From IMG/VR virus record IMGVR_UViG_3300044670_001884, positions 1-33,732 of that record: a DNA stretch of 33,732 nucleotides; one strand, given 5' to 3'. A program made the translations under genes and the position numbers. This DNA comes from a virus. Its lineage: Duplodnaviria > Caudoviricetes. A model generated the notes under the pieces. The model was given only the letters and a program-made list of their open reading frames with translations. It had not been told where the DNA came from and did not search any database. This document shows positions 31,400 to 33,732 of the stretch, one piece after another. Numbering within the stretch: the stretch's first letter is position 1; each line of letters begins with the position of its first letter.

Positions 31400-33139
31400 C
31401 TAGCTGATTGTTACGTTGATTGTGTCGCCCGATTGTGCTGTCGCGGTGTACTGCTGCCCTGTTTTAATGACTGTCGCCAAGTCTGTCGTGCGAGCAAGCC
31501 CGGATTGTATTTGGCTGATCGGGTGTATGTGTGCGGGCAAAATAACGAACTCATCTCCCGGCTGCGGGATTTGACTAAACGATTCCTCGAACGTAACCCG
31601 TCCGTTTGCCTGTACGAACGACAATATTGCTCTCGATTCGCCCTCGAGAGATCCCGAAACAAATAACAATAACGCGTTATCGAACGCTTCATCGACGTAG
31701 CCTGTTATGCCACTGTCGAACGCCGAAGCTGTCGGCGTGGTCGTATTTGTTACCGTACCGTCGACCGACAAATTGCTTTTACGCAACTGATCCATCAATT
31801 TTCCGAACGTACCCGCCGCTTTATAGCTTGCGTATAAGGCGTCCCATACGGCTGACGCTGTGCCCGCCGCATCGAGTGGCGTGCTTTGCGAAAGAGCCGC
31901 AACCGATCCTGAACTAGCTGCTGTAAGGGTCGTATCCGTTTGGACTAATGCCTGCAACGCAGCAAGATCGAACCCTCCGACCGTGACGCTGCCACCTCCG
32001 CCTCCCTGCGACAGTTTCGCGACGGATCCGGTAGCCGCTGTCGTTTCCCCTGTGTCGGTATTCGCAAACTTTGCTAAAGCGGCCTGCGTCAAATCGCTGA
32101 TTTCGTTTTCTGAACGTAGAATCGAAACAAGACTTGCCGGGTCGACCGTCGGCGAGGAAAGAGCCAGCGTCGCAAACTGCGCGAGTGCTGCTGCTGTCAT
32201 TGCTCCGACGGTAACATTGCCTCCTGCACTCCCTTGTGAAAGCTGGGCAACCGAACCGCTTGTGGCTGACGTCTCTCCCGTATCTGTGTTCGCAAATTTT
32301 GCGAGTGCAGTTTGTGTAATATCTCCCACCGTTACGTCTCCGCCTGCGGACCCTTGTGCAAGCGCCGCGACCGAGCCCGTTGTAGCGCTGGTTTCTCCTG
32401 TGTTGAAGGTAATAAACTTTGCGAGGCTCGTGTCTGCGAGCGTTACGTACCCGTCCGTTGCCGTAATCGACAAGTCGCCGAAGTTTGTGGGGGCACTTGC
32501 CGCAAGCAACGCACTATCTGTACCTCGCATATTACCCGCTGTAACCGTTCCCGATACGTCTATCGCCAAAGAGGTAAAGTTCGGCGGTGCGCTTATTGCG
32601 AGCAAAGCACCATTTGTTCCTCGCATGTCGCTGTTCGCTGAGCACGTCGCGACGGTAGTGACGTTGCTGACTGCTCCCGCCGCCGTGTTAATCGCTCCGC
32701 CGGTAACGATGTCGGTGGCGGAAACCGTGGATCGGCTGCTTACCGCTGCGTCGAGATTTGTCAGCCCGAGACTTGCTGAATCACGTAGATCGACCGCCAA
32801 CAAACAAACGCGAATTACTTTATCGAGAGCTCCGGCGTATTTGATTGTTAGCGTCACCGATGCGGCGGTGGTCGCGAACGCTGCGTTGGGAACGTGTAGT
32901 TGGTAAATACCCGGCATGTTAGTTGAATCGACTTCCGCCCACACTCCCGACGTGTAAACGGCTCCGGGTAAGCCGTTCGCGAGAGTGTATTGCACCGACG
33001 TTGCGCCTTCTATCACGTAACTCGCGACCGCGTTCACGCCGTTAATGCCAGTGAGCCCCTGACCTGTAGTGCTGTCTCGCATCATCACTTCGATGATTTT
33101 CGAAGTAGTATTACGCTCTAAAGTTTGGTCGAAAGCCAT
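31400..33139 (-). CDS. Ala/Thr/Gly/Ser-rich repeat-containing fibre-like virion protein (579 aa)
   Basis: Two 32-aa MRGT..ALLA.SAP.NF repeats and five ~40-aa LAKF...TGET.A..GSVA.L.QG repeats. Confidence 0.65.
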   Translation of the reverse strand: MAFDQTLERNTTSKIIEVMMRDSTTGQGLTGINGVNAVASYVIEGATSVQYTLANGLPGAVYTSGVWAEVDSTNMPGIYQLHVPNAAFATTAASVTLTIKYAGALDKVIRVCLLAVDLRDSASLGLTNLDAAVSSRSTVSATDIVTGGAINTAAGAVSNVTTVATCSANSDMRGTNGALLAISAPPNFTSLAIDVSGTVTAGNMRGTDSALLAASAPTNFGDLSITATDGYVTLADTSLAKFITFNTGETSATTGSVAALAQGSAGGDVTVGDITQTALAKFANTDTGETSATSGSVAQLSQGSAGGNVTVGAMTAAALAQFATLALSSPTVDPASLVSILRSENEISDLTQAALAKFANTDTGETTAATGSVAKLSQGGGGGSVTVGGFDLAALQALVQTDTTLTAASSGSVAALSQSTPLDAAGTASAVWDALYASYKAAGTFGKLMDQLRKSNLSVDGTVTNTTTPTASAFDSGITGYVDEAFDNALLLFVSGSLEGESRAILSFVQANGRVTFEESFSQIPQPGDEFVILPAHIHPISQIQSGLARTTDLATVIKTGQQYTATAQSGDTINVTIS

Positions 33140-33140
33140 T

Positions 33141-33731
33141 TTAATTGTCCTCGATGACGATTACGTTGCCCCCGCCCGACGGTAGTTGATCTAACAAATA
33201 TCTGTATTGATTAACCGTTGTGTTCGATAGGTTCGCTGCGTAGAGATCACGCAAGTCGATCCCGCCTTGTGAGGTGTTCAGATTGAAGTCCGTGTTAGCT
33301 CCATCTACGAACGGATCCGTTGGCAACTGGATCGGATAAAGTGTGTCGCTGACCCCTGAAATGGAGCCAAAATCTTTTGTGTTAAATGGAAGTTTCGGCC
33401 AACGAAAATTTGTGACTTCATACGTAATATTCCCGTCGAACTCTCGACAAAAATCGTAGTCGGTGTTTGCCCCACCTGAACCCCACCAAGGATTAAAAGC
33501 ATTTCCCGAACCAGTCAAAACGCAATCGACCAATTTAACGTCATCTAAACACTCTTGCTGAGTTACGGTTTTGCCTGAGATAAAACGCGAAATATCGAAA
33601 ATGCAATTTGTGAAAAGATGCCTGTTGGTGAAGCTCGTAAGAGGATCGGTGTAATAGGCGCCCGTTGGATTGTAGAACAAACATTTGTAGGCGGTCATAT
33701 TTGTTTTCCACCGAACGGGAGTGTTATAAAA
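33141..33731 (-). CDS. C-terminal part of a larger protein, possibly a parallel beta-helix tail appendage; 5' end outside the window
   Basis: Frame is open upstream of the track's ATG 33698 to the window edge (FYNTPVRWKTN-M); YKCLF / FTNCIF / LVDCVL coils and DPFVD.ANTDFNL resemble beta-helix C-termini. Confidence 0.55.
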   Translation of the reverse strand, partial: FYNTPVRWKTNMTAYKCLFYNPTGAYYTDPLTSFTNRHLFTNCIFDISRFISGKTVTQQECLDDVKLVDCVLTGSGNAFNPWWGSGGANTDYDFCREFDGNITYEVTNFRWPKLPFNTKDFGSISGVSDTLYPIQLPTDPFVDGANTDFNLNTSQGGIDLRDLYAANLSNTTVNQYRYLLDQLPSGGGNVIVIEDN

Positions 33732-33732
33732 C

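Noticed and set aside
31860-32906. Long plus-strand ORFs (348 aa here; also 6601..7335 and 15927..16706)
   Set aside because: Antisense shadows of low-complexity minus-strand genes, with no RBS or recognisable motifs.
1-33732. Mu-like transposable phage, gene transfer agent or contractile injection system
   Set aside because: Head genes are Mu-like, but no transposase, Mor/C activator, sheath or baseplate-wedge genes are recognisable; phage-type early promoter cassettes argue against a domesticated element.
1-33732. tRNA/rRNA genes, introns, inteins, diversity-generating retroelement
   Set aside because: Intergenic gaps are too short or lack cloverleaf motifs; terL, portal and capsid are uninterrupted and of normal size; no reverse transcriptase motif or template/variable repeat pair was noticed by eye.
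1-33732. Host assignment
   Set aside because: No host genes, att site or diagnostic marker in the window; spacer matching or homology searches would be needed.

Overview
A ~33.7 kb segment of a tailed dsDNA bacteriophage (or prophage) genome; almost every real gene is on the minus strand. Read in transcription order (right to left): tail or tail-appendage genes (a partial beta-helix-like protein, a repeat-rich fibre-like protein, a tail-assembly-chaperone pair joined by an A9 -1 frameshift site, a short tape-measure-like gene, a hub-like protein, a terminator-like protein, a 1.28 kaa Cys-rich tip protein and a cement-like protein), a triple-HTH protein, terminase small and large subunits, a KTSC-domain protein, a DUF935/Mu gp29-type portal, a ~9 kb cargo block, a Mu I-like protease/scaffold, capsid cement, major capsid, a Mu gp36-like adaptor and a tail-tube-like gene. 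The left end holds a plus-strand PD-(D/E)XK nuclease, a four-block tandem-repeat region (candidate ori/pac/operator) and small early-type genes behind three near-identical sigma70 promoter cassettes. The most striking part is the cargo block, in the slot where MuF normally sits. A 454-aa ORF ends on A-AAA-AAG-TAG and its -1 frame runs without a stop into a 1517-aa polyvalent ORF (kinase-like, HsdS-TRD-like and ADP-ribosyltransferase-like domains), predicting a ~2000-aa fusion. A 949-aa HExxH peptidase carrier and a small coupled gene follow. These proteins and the protease/scaffold share recurring QYAA/ERYS-type and FAxAV motifs at domain boundaries, suggesting a head-packaged, protease-processed effector polyprotein system. 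All family calls come from motif recognition by eye, not database searches. No integrase, replication, lysis or tail-sheath gene is recognisable, and the host cannot be assigned from this window.
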